This document shows, in pieces, positions 41,665-53,759 of a stretch of 64,000 nucleotides of DNA (positions within the stretch are counted from its first letter, which is position 1; every line of letters starts with the position of its first letter). The notes under the pieces were generated by a model. That model saw only the letters and a program-made list of their open reading frames with translations. It searched no databases and was not told where the DNA came from. The stretch comes from Lama guanicoe. Its lineage: Eukaryota. Location of the stretch: the NCBI GenBank assembly GCA_013239625.1, contig MU054391.1:6531824-6595823 (forward strand), read 5' to 3'. The position numbers and the translations under genes were made by a program.

Positions 41665-42105
41665 ATATTTGGTCTTCAACCTGGCATGGTGTTCCTAAAA
41701 CCCTTGGAACGGCTTAAGTATTGAGAGCTTGAAAAGGTGGCTTTTATGTCAGTGAAGTGACTCCTGGGAAATACCTAAGGAAGGGGGGTGGTTGCTAGGA
41801 GAGCCACCCTGTGATTAGAGGACTGGAACTTTCAGTCCCACCTCAAGACCTCTGGAGAGGAGAAAGGGGCTGGAGATTGAGTTCTGTCACCGGTGGCCAA
41901 TGATCTAATCAATCGTGCCTTTGTAATGAAGCCTTCATAAAATCCCAAGGAAGAGGGTCAGAGAGCTTCCAGGTTGACATGCCGGGATAGCGGTGCTATC
42001 CCAGAGAGTGCTCCCAGAGAGGGCACAGAGGCTCTGCGCCCTTTCCCACATATCTGGCTGGCCCTGTGCGTCTCTTCTATCTGGCTGTTCCTAAGTTATA
42101 TCCAC
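41665..42105 (+). mobile_element. MER21-like ERVL LTR fragment (preceded by a short MLT1 piece from ~41560)
   Basis: ggaactttcagtcccacc...ggggctggagattgagtt...ggccaatgatctaatcaatcgtgcc. Confidence 0.65.
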
Positions 42106-43580
42106 GGTTACGGCACCTGAGGGGAGATGGGGAGAAAGCTAGAGATGTGAACGCAGTGAGCGATGCTGTGTTGTGCACTGATGAAGACGAGTGAACAAAA
42201 TCTGGATGTAAGCATCTCCCCAATTCCTAACCTCTTCCTGCTACTTCCTCTGTCTGTTAGCATGTTTTTATAGACAGGGACATTGGGACATTATAAACTA
42301 CTTATATATTGGCACTGGGAAACAAACCAGTTTGATTCTGATTTCTTAGGTCCCATTTCAATCCCAATATTGTGAAAAATAGGTGAAATGATAGCAATTC
42401 TTTACATCCCATTTCACCATGTGCTTTCTTTATTGCTGACCATAACCGTCTGCTGGAGGTCTAGGGAACACTGTCTCTACTTTGTAGAAGAGGCAACTGA
42501 GACTCAAAGAGGCAAGGTGACATGTCCAAGGTCACACAGCTAGAATATGGCAGAGGTAGAATTCAAAGCTTAGTTTTCTGACTAGAGAGCCAAACTCTTG
42601 CCTAGATAAACATTGCCTTCATGGCCCCGGGTATGGAATGACTTCACTCTCAGAAGTTAAAAAAAAGGCCTCTTTTCTTCCTAAGAGTTTTCATGTGGTA
42701 CCACTCCCTGCTCCCTGCATGTCATGAGCTCCCCACCACTAGAGGCATCCAAGCCAAGACTGATGCTTGCTTGGAGGGATACAGTTGATAGAAGGTTGAC
42801 CTAAACAATTTGTTTCTTCCCAGTTCTGGGTTTCGGGGGCCCCACGCTCCCTGGAAACCTGGCACCACCCAGGGTCCACGTAGATACACGTGAAGTCCTG
42901 TTTGATTGACATAACCACACGAGGAAGAAATTTCTATTCCCCAAAGGGCTTTGTTGTGCAGCCCGTGGTGGGACTAAGGCAGGGGAAGCTCCCGAGAACA
43001 CGTAAGCCATATACGTTTCATGACTGGATACTGATTTAGAGGAAGGCACTGAGCTCATGATATCATAATTATTTGGTTCTCTTGGACTAAAACATCCCAC
43101 AAATGACAGTAATTACCAAGTCCTTCCTGACATGACGTTTTCTTCAAAAACCTGAGAAGATGTTCCTGAATTTTCTCTGCTTACTCCCATCCCCCTTCCC
43201 TCTCTTCATCCCTCTTCCCACTCTGCTCCCAGTTCACATTCAGCACCTGCACCTTCTACTTCCCACGCCATGCCCTTTTCCTCCTCATTTGACCCCATAA
43301 TGACCCCTTTCCTTCCCATTCTCTGACCAGGAGCAGATATGGAGCTGGGGGCACCCAGAGATAAGCCTTGGTCAAATATGTCCCAGGGCAGGGCTCTGAG
43401 CAGCTTAACGATGTGTTGGTGTCAGGAGCTGAGCTGAGGTCCGTGGCCCTCAGCTGAATTCCATGGCAGTAAGGAGGCACTGGCTGCTTCCACGCCTGAG
43501 ATTCCCTTTCCCCTCTGCTGGGCTGCAAATCAGATTTCCTCCATGGCAGCTAAGTTCAGTGAAGAACACTGAACTGGCCA

Positions 43581-44332
43581 CAAATGATAAATGTGGAGAG
43601 GGTGTGGAGAAAGGGGAACCCTCCTACCCTGTTTGTGGGAATGCAATTTGGTGCAGCCACTGTGGAAAACAGAATCCTTAAAATACAAAAATAGAGTTAC
43701 CATTTGATCCAGCAACCCCATGCCTGGGTATATAGCCAGAAAAGATAAAAACTCCATTTGAAAAGATACATGCACCCCAATGTTCATAGAAGCACTATTT
43801 AAAATAGCCAAGATATGGACGCAACCTAAACGTCCATAGACAGAAAACTGGATAAAGAAATTGTGGTGTATATATACAATGGAATACTACTCAGTCATAA
43901 AAAAGAATGAAATAATGCCATTTGCAGCAACATGGATGGACCTAGAGATTATCACACTAAGTGAAGTAAGCCAGAAGGAGAAAGAAAAATACCATATGAT
44001 ATTACTCATATGTGGAATCTAAAAAAAGATACAAATGAACTTATTTACAAAACAGAAAGAGACTCACAGACATAGAAAACAAACTTATGGTTACCAAAGG
44101 GGAAAGGGACAAGGGGAGGAATAAATTAGGAGTTTGAGATTGCTATATATAAAATAGATAAACAACAAGGTCCTACTGTAGAGCACAGGGACTATATTCA
44201 GTATCTTGTAATAACCTATAATGAAAAAGAATATATACATATATATGTATAACTGAATCACTATGCTGTACACCAGAAACTAACACAACATTGTAAATCA
44301 ACTATACTTCAGTTAAACAAACAACCAAAAAA
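43581..44332 (+). mobile_element. Young 5'-truncated L1 3' end (sense)
   Basis: aataatgccatttgcagcaacatggatggacctagagatt...attgtaaatcaactatacttca plus A-rich tail. Confidence 0.9.
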
Positions 44333-44399
44333 CCCCACTGGACTTGGACATACACACCCAGATAGATTTGTTTTAAAATCATTAGCTATTTACTTTTTA

Positions 44400-45600
44400 A
44401 AAATGAATAAGCTTAAGGTTTTTAAAGCACTTTTAGGTTTGTAACAAAATTGAGGGGAAAATACAGAGAGGTCCCATGTACCCTCTGAGCCTATACAGGC
44501 ACAGACTCCCATCCTTCAACATCCTCACCAGAGGGTACCTTTGTTACTGTCAATGAGCTTACACTGATACATCATTATCACCCAAAGTCCGAAGTTTACA
44601 TTAGGGTTCCCTCTTGGTGGTGTACACTCTACGAGTTTGGACAAGTGTATAATGATATGTACCCACCATTCTAGTGTCATATGGAAGACATTCACTGCCC
44701 TATAAAACCTCTGTGCTCTGCTCATTGATTCCTTACCCCTCCAACCCCTGGCAACCACTGATCTTTCTACTACCTCCATAGTTTTGTCTTTTTCCAGAAT
44801 GACATATAGTTGTAATCATAAAGGATGTAGTCTTCTCAAATTGGCTTCTTTCACTTAGGAATATGCATTTAAGTTTCCCCTGTTTCCTTCCATAGCTTGA
44901 TAGTTCATTTCTTTTTAGCGCTGAATAATATTACATTGTCTGGATGTACCGTATCCACTCACCTATCGAAGGACATCATGGTTGTGTCCAAGTTTTGGCA
45001 ATCACAAATAAAGCTGCTATAAACATCTGTATGCAGGTTTTCATGTGGACATAAGTTTTCAACTCATTTGGGTAAATACCAAGGAGCATAACTGCTGAAT
45101 CATATGGTAAGAGTGTTTCATTTTGTAAGAAAATGACTATCTATCTTCCAAAGTGACTGTACCATTTGCATCCTCACCAGCAATGAACACTGCTCCACAT
45201 CCTTGTCAGCATTTTGTGTTGTTGGCGTTTTGGATCTTGGTCATTCTTATAGGTATGTAGTGGTATTTCACTGGGGTTTTAATTCACAAGTCTCTCATGA
45301 CCTAGGATGTGGAATATCTTTTCATATGTTTACTTGCCATTTGCATTTCTTCTTTAGTGAGGTGTCTATTCATGCCACTTGCTGGGATTTTGATTGGGAT
45401 TGCATTGAGTTTACAGATCAAGTTAGGAAGAATTGACATCTTGACAAAATGGGTCTTCTTGTCCATGAACATGGACTACCTTTCCAATTATTTAGTTCTT
45501 TGATTTTTTTTCACCAGAGATTTGTAGTTGTCCTCATACAGAGCTTGTACAAATTTTTTTTTTGCAGATTTAATACCTAAGTATTTCATTTTGGGGAGCC
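44400..45600 (-). mobile_element. L1MB/L1MC-type LINE-1 3' end plus ORF2 piece
   Basis: Same family as 9325; jumps to ORF2-type gggattttgattgggattgcattga at ~45380. Confidence 0.8.
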
Positions 45601-45629
45601 TTCAAAAGTTCTTTAGTTGCAAGGAAATA

Positions 45630-45848
45630 AATTCTGCCACAGGAGCAGGGAAGAGGGTCCTGAGCCTCAGATGAGATCCTAGCCCTAGCCAACATATTTT
45701 ACTGCAAAGCCTTGTGAGATCTTGAGCAGAGGACCCAGCTAAGCCTTGGCCAGACTCCTGACTCACAGAAACCGCAAGATAACAAATGTTTGCTGTTTCA
45801 AGCTGCTGAATTTGTGGTAGTTCGTTACACAGTAGCAGAACAAATACA
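45630..45848 (+). mobile_element. MLT1 LTR 3' part
   Basis: cagactcctgactcacagaaacc...tgctgtttcaagctgctgaatttgtggtagttcgttacacagtagcaga. Confidence 0.7.
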
Positions 45849-47540
45849 CTATGGACAGCACTGACTTTGGGGGAATAGGGCTATTGGGTGTGCAAATATG
45901 GGGCTTTCACATATTTTGAATTTTTACTACAAATATATATTAATTTTGCAATTAAAGAAAAGAAAGATGCTAAAGGACTGGTTTTTCAAAGTGTTCTTCT
46001 CTTTTTATGCTCTTTTTAAAAGCAGTCACAAAAGCAAACAGCATCCCACCCCTCCCCTAGTGACTGTTCCACTCCTCACAGCAGGGCCTGAAGCATGAGA
46101 GGCCCCCTTTGCGTTCTAACTGCATTTTCCTTTTCTAAGAAAAATCAAAGCAACTTCATCTCAGGCCCAGAGTGGGGTCCTAGCCCCAGCCTCCAGGGCA
46201 GATGAGTGCATCCAAAGTCTCTGACTTCTTTCTACACATCTGGGATGTGAGGTGGCTCTGTCACATACACAGCTTCCCACCCATGACCCGAGCTGGATAA
46301 ATCAGCTGAACAGAGCAGGGGGTGGAGGTGTGTGGACATAAAGGGACGAGCCCACAGCGGGACCGGACCCAGGAAGTCAAACTCCTGTTCCCTCCTCCTC
46401 CCGTTTCTCCTCCTTTTTTCTCTCTTTCCTTCCCTCCTCCTTCCTCCCTTTGCCTTCACATTTTCAGCATCTTATAGTTTGTGAAGTCTATTCACACCCC
46501 CTGTTTTATTTGTCCCTTATGAGATCTTGTACTCAGGAAGGAAAGGTCACTATGTCCATTCTGCAGATAGAAAAACTGAGGCATAGAAAAGAAAAAAGAA
46601 ACTCTGTTGCTGCAGCAAAAAAAAAAAAGTTTCCTGATGAATCTATTTTAAATCATTCTCTTCTCTGCCCCATTCTCCATCCAACACAGCCTCCTGCACT
46701 TGACCTCCAGGCACAGTTTATTGAGACAGGAGGAGGTGAGCTGAGGCTTCTGGTCAATCAACTCTTCGGGGCCCTGGGGGCAGCTCGTTGTCTGATGGGG
46801 CACAGCAATAATGAAATGTGAATTTCCAGTGAAGTACGGAACTGAATCTTGATGAAAGGAATTATTATACACAAAGAAATTTTAACTGCCCAGACCTGAT
46901 TATTCCATAAAAAGGGAATAGATTGCAGCTTGCCTTTTTTGTTGTCTAGACAAATCGCTTAGATACACATGTGCTAGTTTTAATTAGCGCCATGGAATTT
47001 AAACATTCTTGTAGCCCCAAATGTTATTGTTCAGCAAATAAAAATACATAATTTAATAAAGAAAAATACAGCTCAATCACTTCTTACAATGCCTAAATAG
47101 ACTGTTTTTTTCTTCTTTCCTTATTTAAATGAAAAACTCACATGAGTCAAATTGCTGCTTCTGGTATCTAATAGGTTTGAGGTTCCCCCATCCCCTTTTG
47201 ACATAACAAAATGTGTAATTCTAATAAAAATCCTATGCAGGACAGACTACAGCACAGCAAGAAACTTTCCACATTTAGCCAAAAGTCCAGAGTTTTCCCC
47301 CCTGGTTTAATCCTTCAGGAAATTCTCAATGGATCTAAGCTCCTGTCTCAAATTTCTATGCATCAATGACCTTCAGTGAGAAGGCGCAAATAGATTTTTT
47401 TTTAACGTATGGTATCCCAGTCTAAGCCTTCACAAAATTCAGACAGGGTCTAGGGGTCGGATGATGAAAGGCTGTGTCCAGAGCCTTGGAGGAGGGGGAG
47501 GTCTAGGGAAGACTTGGCAGGTGTGAGGGAGGAAGGAAGA

Positions 47541-47872
47541 TGTCTTAGTCTGCTCAGGCTACCGTAAGGAAATAATCCTGGCAGCTGGAAGTCCAAAATC
47601 CAAGTCCTGTTAGGGTTTCTGGTGACTCCTCTCTTCCCGGCTTGTAGAAGGCTCCCTTCTTGCTGTGTCTTCAGAGGGCCTTTCCTCGGTGAGTATGTGC
47701 AGAGCGAGGCAAAGATCTCTAGTGTCTCTTCTTAGAAGGACGCTAATTTTATTAGATTAGCGCCTCAATTCATTTAACCTCAGTTATCTCCTTAAAATCC
47801 CTATCTGCAAATACATTGAGGGTTATGACTTCAACACATGACTTTTGGGGGGACACAGTTCAGTCCATAGCA
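47541..47872 (-). mobile_element. MLT1A-like solo LTR
   Basis: tgtcttagtctgctcaggct...cagtccatagca; TSD gaaga/gagga. Confidence 0.85.
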
Positions 47873-48264
47873 GAGGAGATGATATGGGCCTGGGGAGAGC
47901 ACTGGATCAAGAGGAATCCACAGACCCGAACTCTAAGTGCTGCTCTGGCCAGGTGAGTGGAGGCGGCTGGGGAGGATGAGTGAGGTTTGGAGGAATAAGA
48001 GAGGGAGGGCGCCTGGGGCTCAGGCGTGTCAGTAGCCAAGGCTCTGAGGCTTTTGAGGGTTTGAGAAGGAGTGTAGGAGTCTCAGGCATGGGGCATGCAG
48101 GTTTGGAGGGGCAAGTGACTGCCAGCCAGCTCCCCTCTCTCGGTGATGCTGGGCTGTTCCTCCCAGAGAGGGATTTTGTGTTGCCTGTCTCTCACCTTTC
48201 CTCCTCTGCCTTCTGGCTTCAGACTGGTCTCAGGCCTCCAGCAGGAGTCTTCCTGCCTGCCTTT

Positions 48265-48268
<4 letters not shown>

Positions 48269-48296
<28 letters not shown>
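48269..48296. repeat. Poly-T homopolymer (T28)
   Basis: Read directly. Confidence 0.95.
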
Positions 48297-49849
48297 CCCA
48301 ATGCCTCTCTAGCCTGGACCTGTGACACACAACTATCTCTCTCTCACGTTGCTGTTGTCAGCAGTCTCCTGCTCTGCTCTGGGCTGTTTGAGGACAATTT
48401 CTCTGCTGTATTTTGCATCTGCCTCCTCTCCTTTCCCACTTTGATCAGGACCAGTCTTCTTCCTTGTAAGGGTCTGGGATTTGCCAAATGGACATGCTGG
48501 AGCTGGAGTCAACCTCTGGTTACTGTGAAGAGATTAAAGCCATACTTATTTTTACCATGTCTGATGTATTCTGATGTCTTACATTCTATACTATCTCAAT
48601 AAAAATGCTGCTCCATACTCAATACATGGATTGCACAACTGGCCAACTATTGAGCGGTCACCTGAGGTCTGAACAACTGACTTAGAGTCCATACTCTGCA
48701 CAGGTCCCTCTAGGCTCTGAGTGGTCTGTTTCCAGCTTCACCCAGCATGTTTGGGGCTACCAACCACGTGCCTTCCTCTGAGCAGGCTGCTCTCCCCCAG
48801 GTGAGGCAGGCAAACCAGGCAAGGTCTCCAAGTGCTGGCGAGCCGGAGATATGCCTGTGAACTCCTGGGCTCCTGCAGCACCTTGGACCTACTGACCATA
48901 TCGGGGATGGCTGGTTGGGAGGGGGAGGGAGCTCTACCTGCCTGAGGGATTGCCATCACCCAAATATACACCTAAGCCAAAAAACACTGTGCTTCTAAGC
49001 AAAGGCAACTTCTCCCTCTTCCAACCTCTTCTCAAGCTTCTAAACCTGAGGATACTCCTTGGCGCCCTCTGTAGGGAAATTCAGGAACCACCGCTCCTTC
49101 CCTGTACCCCTCTGGTACAGTGATGACTGCAAACTAATTATTAGCTATACATAATATATTGTCCACGAGAGTATGAACCCTGCCCCTAAGCAGAGTAGGG
49201 TATGTGTGTGTACACACGCACTTGCCATTAGAACTCAATAAATATTGAATAAATGGGCATTTTTAAACCCATTATGCTTAGAGTAAGATGCAATTTGAAT
49301 TTGACCCTAGTTGTACTGAAGACAACTGAGAAGGGAAGTAACATGAGTGAGGACTGGAAGATGAATATGGGGTGTGTGTCTGTGGTGTGCTGCACTATAC
49401 TGGACAGAAAATCTGCCTGGGGTCAAATCCCAGCTCCACCACTCCAGTTGTGTGACCAGGACATGGGAGGCGAAGCCCGTGGGCTGTGACAGCAGACTAT
49501 CAGGGTTCCGACCCCAACTGTGCCATCTGCTGGCTGAGTGATCTTGGCAGTTACCTGATACCTTGTTTCCTCTGAGAGGTGCTGTGGGGAGTCAATGAGA
49601 CAAGTGCAAAGCATTCAGAAAGCGCTTAGCTCATGGTGTGCCTATAATAAGTGTTCTTTTCACTCAACCTTTCTGAGTCAATTTCTTAGGCTGATTTTTA
49701 ATGGAAACAAAATAAAATTTGTAAAAAGAAGTTTCACCAAACTGTATTTATCTTTGTGTGATCTATTCTAACATATTCAGTTTTATACCAACTCATTAAA
49801 GAAAAAAAAAAAGAGTACTGTCGGTGACACAGACAGCAGAGTTTATTTT

Positions 49850-50185
49850 TAACAGACTTTGTTTTTTAGAGCAGTTTAAGGTTCAGAGCAAAAGTGATCA
49901 GTAAGTACAGAGAGTTCCCACATAGCCCCTTTCCCCCATTCCTTCAGCCTCACCCACAATCAACATCCCTCACCAGAGGGTACATTTGGTACAACTGATG
50001 AACTACACCGACACATCATCATCATCCGAAGTCCATTTCGGATGTCCGCCGAAGTTTATAGTAGTGGTGTACATTCCATGGGTTTGGATGAATGTATAAT
50101 GCCACGTATCTATCTATTGCTAGAGTATTGTAGTTTCACTGCCCTAAAAATCCTCTGTGCTCGGCCTAGTCAACCCTCTCTCTAG
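49850..50185 (-). mobile_element. L1MB/L1MC-type 3' end fragment
   Basis: gagcagtttaaggttcagagcaaaag...cactgccctaaaaatcctctgtgctc. Confidence 0.8.
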
Positions 50186-50719
50186 AATACTTTTTAAATC
50201 CAGTCCCCAGGTCAGAGATGGTGCTCAATAACTGGCAGTGTGCAGGATGGTGCTGCTGCTAATGGAAGCTGTTGCAATGGTTCCGGCATGTGAGTGCCTG
50301 AAAGCTGTGACTGAAAGTCTGGAAGAGACTGGAGGGTGTGGGATGTTGTGTGGGAATGACAGGCAGGCCTCAGTGACAGAGTGGGGGGTGGGGAGGCAGA
50401 AGCCGCGGGGGCTCAAGGCTCTGGATGCTGTGGTGGTGGTGGGCTGCAAAGAAATGGGAAGCGGTGGACAGCGAGGACTTCAAGGCAGAATCTCAGCCTG
50501 ATAACTGGCGTGGTCAATCAGCCAGGACAGTGGGAAGCCCTGGATTAAGAGGCGGCCAAGCTGGGTTCTACCCCCATTTCACTGTGACCTTGGGCAGGTC
50601 CCGTCTCTCCTACAGGAGGCTGGACTGGCTGTCCTCATTGGACAGTGCTCAGGAGAAGGCGAAAAGTGCCACCTACAGCAGAGCGGCATTAGGGCGAGTA
50701 GGAAACCTTCAAGGACCAG

Positions 50720-52500
50720 GCGGGATCGGCGGGGCCCAGGACGCAGACCAGCGTCTGAAGGGCTTTCTTGGGCACGTTTTCCGGCGGCGGAGCAACAGGC
50801 GGCCGTGTTCTTTCACCATCGATCTTCTCGATACAGCAGGGAGAGAGAAACTTTGCAGCCAGAGCCGGCCTGCCGCTTTAAAGCCCGGGGTCCCGGCCCC
50901 CGGGTGACCCGCCGCGCCGGCGGGGCCGGACGGTCGCGCGGCGGCGGCGGCCGCGGCGGCTTGCACGCAGCTGTGCCCGTCTGCCCAAGGGTTAACCGGT
51001 TCCCCTGCAGCTGCCGCGCGTGCCTTGCAGAATTTCACCAGAAGAGGGTACAGTTTGAAAAGCTCTTGACGTCAGGCTGGAATTCCTATTGTGTTTAGAA
51101 ACGGCTCGGGCAAAGCAAGCCCAAGTTCGCTCTCCGCACACCTCGGCGAACTGCGTGGTTCCGGCAGCCGCGGGACGCGTCTCGCGCGGCGGGCGCACGC
51201 GGGGACCCGCTCGGCTCCGGGACCAGCCCGCCGCTGCCTGCGAGCTCCAGGGTGGAGGACTGTGCCCTTCGCCCACGAGGGGACCCCATTCCTGCAAGAG
51301 GCCGAGCCGGAGCGGCCGGTCGCGCCGCCCGGGAGCCGGGGTGAGTATTCGGGGCGAGGCCGGCGGCCGCGAAAGCCCCGCGCCGGTGCGTCCCGGCGCC
51401 CGGATGCCCGCCCGGAGCCCCGCCGCCGGGTGCATGCCTCACCCGCGGCGCGCCCCAGCCCGCTGCTGCCCGCTGTGATCGCCCTTCCAGGCAGGCGGGC
51501 GCCGGCCGGGCTTCCCCGAGAGCCGCGCACCGGTGGGATCCCCCGGCGGTGGCGGCGGCAGGGCGCAGAGCCGAGGCCGCGCGGGCACACGCCGGGAGAA
51601 TGGACGGGGCCGGGGATCGCAGCCTCCCGGAGCCGGGCAGCCAGGATTCCCGGGCGAACGACGACATCGAGATCGTCGTCAACGTGGGGGGCGTGCGGCA
51701 GGTGCTGTACGGAGATCTCCTCAGCCAGTACCCTGAGACCCGGCTGGCGGAGCTCATCAACTGCTTGGCTGGGGGCTACGACACCATCTTCTCCCTGTGC
51801 GACGACTACGACCCCGGAAAGCGCGAGTTCTACTTCGACAGGGACCCAGATGCGTTCAAGTGTGTCATTGAGGTGTACTATTTTGGGGAGGTTCACATGA
51901 AGAAGGGCATCTGCCCCATCTGCTTCAAGAACGAGATGGACTTCTGGAAGGTGGACCTCAAATTCCTGGACGACTGCTGCAAGAGCCACCTGAGCGAGAA
52001 GCGCGAGGAGCTGGAGGAGATCGCGCGCCGCGTGCAGCTCATCCTGGACGACCTGGGCGTGGACACGGCCGAAGGCCGCTGGCGGCGCTGCCAGAAGTGC
52101 GTCTGGAAGTTCCTGGAGAAGCCCGAGTCTTCGTGTCCCGCGCGGGTGGTGGCCGTGCTGTCCTTCCTGCTCATTCTCATCTCGTCAGTGGTCATGTGCA
52201 TGGGCACCATCCCCGAGCTGCAGGTGCTGGACGCCGAAGGCAACCGCGTGGAGCACCCGACGCTGGAGAACGTGGAGACGGCGTGCATCGGCTGGTTCAC
52301 GCTGGAGTACCTGCTGCGCCTCTTCTCCTCGCCCAACAAGCTGCACTTCGCCCTGTCCTTCATGAACATCGTGGACGTGCTGGCCATCCTCCCCTTCTAC
52401 GTGAGCCTCACGCTCACACACCTGGGCGCCCGCATGATGGAGCTGACCAACGTGCAGCAGGCAGTGCAGGCCCTGCGGATCATGCGCATCGCCCGCATCT
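50720..52500. promoter_or_regulatory. KCNF1: CpG island / KCNF1 promoter and 5' region
   Basis: Very high GC and CpG density compared with the flanks; approximate bounds. Confidence 0.85.
51067..51074. promoter_or_regulatory. Palindromic CRE (TGACGTCA)
   Basis: Exact CREB/ATF consensus ~530 bp upstream of the KCNF1 ATG. Confidence 0.55.
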
Positions 52501-53084
52501 TCAAGCTGGCCCGCCACTCTTCTGGCCTGCAGACTCTCACATACGCCCTCAAGCGCAGCTTCAAGGAACTGGGGCTGCTGCTCATGTACCTGGCGGTGGG
52601 CATCTTTGTCTTCTCCGCCCTGGGCTACACCATGGAGCAGAGTCACCCTGAGACCCTGTTTAAGAGCATCCCCCAGTCCTTCTGGTGGGCCATCATCACT
52701 ATGACCACTGTCGGCTATGGTGACATCTACCCCAAGACCACGCTGGGCAAGCTCAACGCAGCCATCAGCTTCTTATGTGGGGTCATCGCGATTGCTCTGC
52801 CCATCCACCCCATTATCAACAACTTTGTCAGGTACTACAACAAGCAGCGAGTCCTGGAAACGGCCGCCAAGCATGAGCTGGAGCTGATGGAGCTTACCTC
52901 CAGCAGTGTGGGCGAGGGCAAGGCAGGGGGCTCCCGCGGTGACTTGGACAACCTCTCGCCAGAGCCCCCGGGGAAGGAAGCTCCAAGCTGGAGCAGCCGG
53001 CTGAAGATCTCCCACAGTGACACCTTCATCCCCCTGCTGACCGAGGAGAAGCACCATAGGACCCGGCTCCAGAGCTGCAAATGA
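51600..53084 (+). CDS. KCNF1: Potassium voltage-gated channel modifier subfamily F member 1 (Kv5.1), 494 aa, CDS without introns
   Basis: MDGAGDRSLPEPGSQ start; T1 domain (IVVNVGG...EFYFDRDP); S4 RIMRIARIFKLARH; pore TMTTVGYGD; S6 ALPIHPI; C-terminus RTRLQSCK. Confidence 0.98.
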   Translation: MDGAGDRSLPEPGSQDSRANDDIEIVVNVGGVRQVLYGDLLSQYPETRLAELINCLAGGYDTIFSLCDDYDPGKREFYFDRDPDAFKCVIEVYYFGEVHMKKGICPICFKNEMDFWKVDLKFLDDCCKSHLSEKREELEEIARRVQLILDDLGVDTAEGRWRRCQKCVWKFLEKPESSCPARVVAVLSFLLILISSVVMCMGTIPELQVLDAEGNRVEHPTLENVETACIGWFTLEYLLRLFSSPNKLHFALSFMNIVDVLAILPFYVSLTLTHLGARMMELTNVQQAVQALRIMRIARIFKLARHSSGLQTLTYALKRSFKELGLLLMYLAVGIFVFSALGYTMEQSHPETLFKSIPQSFWWAIITMTTVGYGDIYPKTTLGKLNAAISFLCGVIAIALPIHPIINNFVRYYNKQRVLETAAKHELELMELTSSSVGEGKAGGSRGDLDNLSPEPPGKEAPSWSSRLKISHSDTFIPLLTEEKHHRTRLQSCK

Positions 53085-53380
53085 TGAGGGCCGTCCCAGA
53101 CACAGACGGACTGGGCCGGTGGATGGATGGACGGAAGGGTGCCACAGGCCTGCCAGTGACTTCCAGGGAGGGGCTGTCCTTTGTCCCCCAACCCTCTCCT
53201 GAACAGAACTCTGAAGGCCCTCTTGGGCACCTCTGATGAGGCTGGGTAAGATCCCTTTGTGTTGCCAGCTGTCCAGGGGCCCAGGGGGAGGGTGGGGTGC
53301 CCACGAGTCATGGGCAGCGTGGGGTGATGGAGACCATGGTCTGGCTGATGGCAGTTCTCACCTGGTTCTGTATCTCCTTC

Positions 53381-53386
53381 AATAAA
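53381..53386 (+). terminator. KCNF1: Probable KCNF1 polyadenylation signal AATAAA
   Basis: First AATAAA after the stop (~300 nt), with a GT-rich tract about 25 nt downstream. Confidence 0.65.
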
Positions 53387-53759
53387 GCCTCCTGCCCTCT
53401 GCACCTGCCCGTGTCGTAGGTTCTGTCACAGGCTGGCTGCCCACCCCACCCCACCCCACCCCACCCTCAAATCCCAGATGTTGCTCAGGCCCGCCTGGGA
53501 GGTAGGTGTGCAGCCAGCCCAGGGGGTTATTTTTAGTTGAGAGCTAATTAAAGAAGGGCTTGTACACAGGGTTCAGCACAAGGAGCCTTGCCACATTCCA
53601 GGAGGCTCTGTGCCTTCTGTTTCCTTCTGAGGGAAAGCTTTCTCCCAGGAGGGGAAGAGTTCACGGAACAGGGAACACCATGCAGCCGCGTAATTACCAT
53701 TTCTTTATCACCTGTGCAAGGCCCCTTTCAAAACTTCTTTCCATTCCTTCCAGCAACCC

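Noticed and set aside
51072..51989. Long overlapping and antisense ORFs (305, 269 and 221 aa) over the KCNF1 5' region
   Set aside because: Expected stop-codon depletion in a CpG island and on the strand opposite a GC3-rich CDS; no recognisable domains
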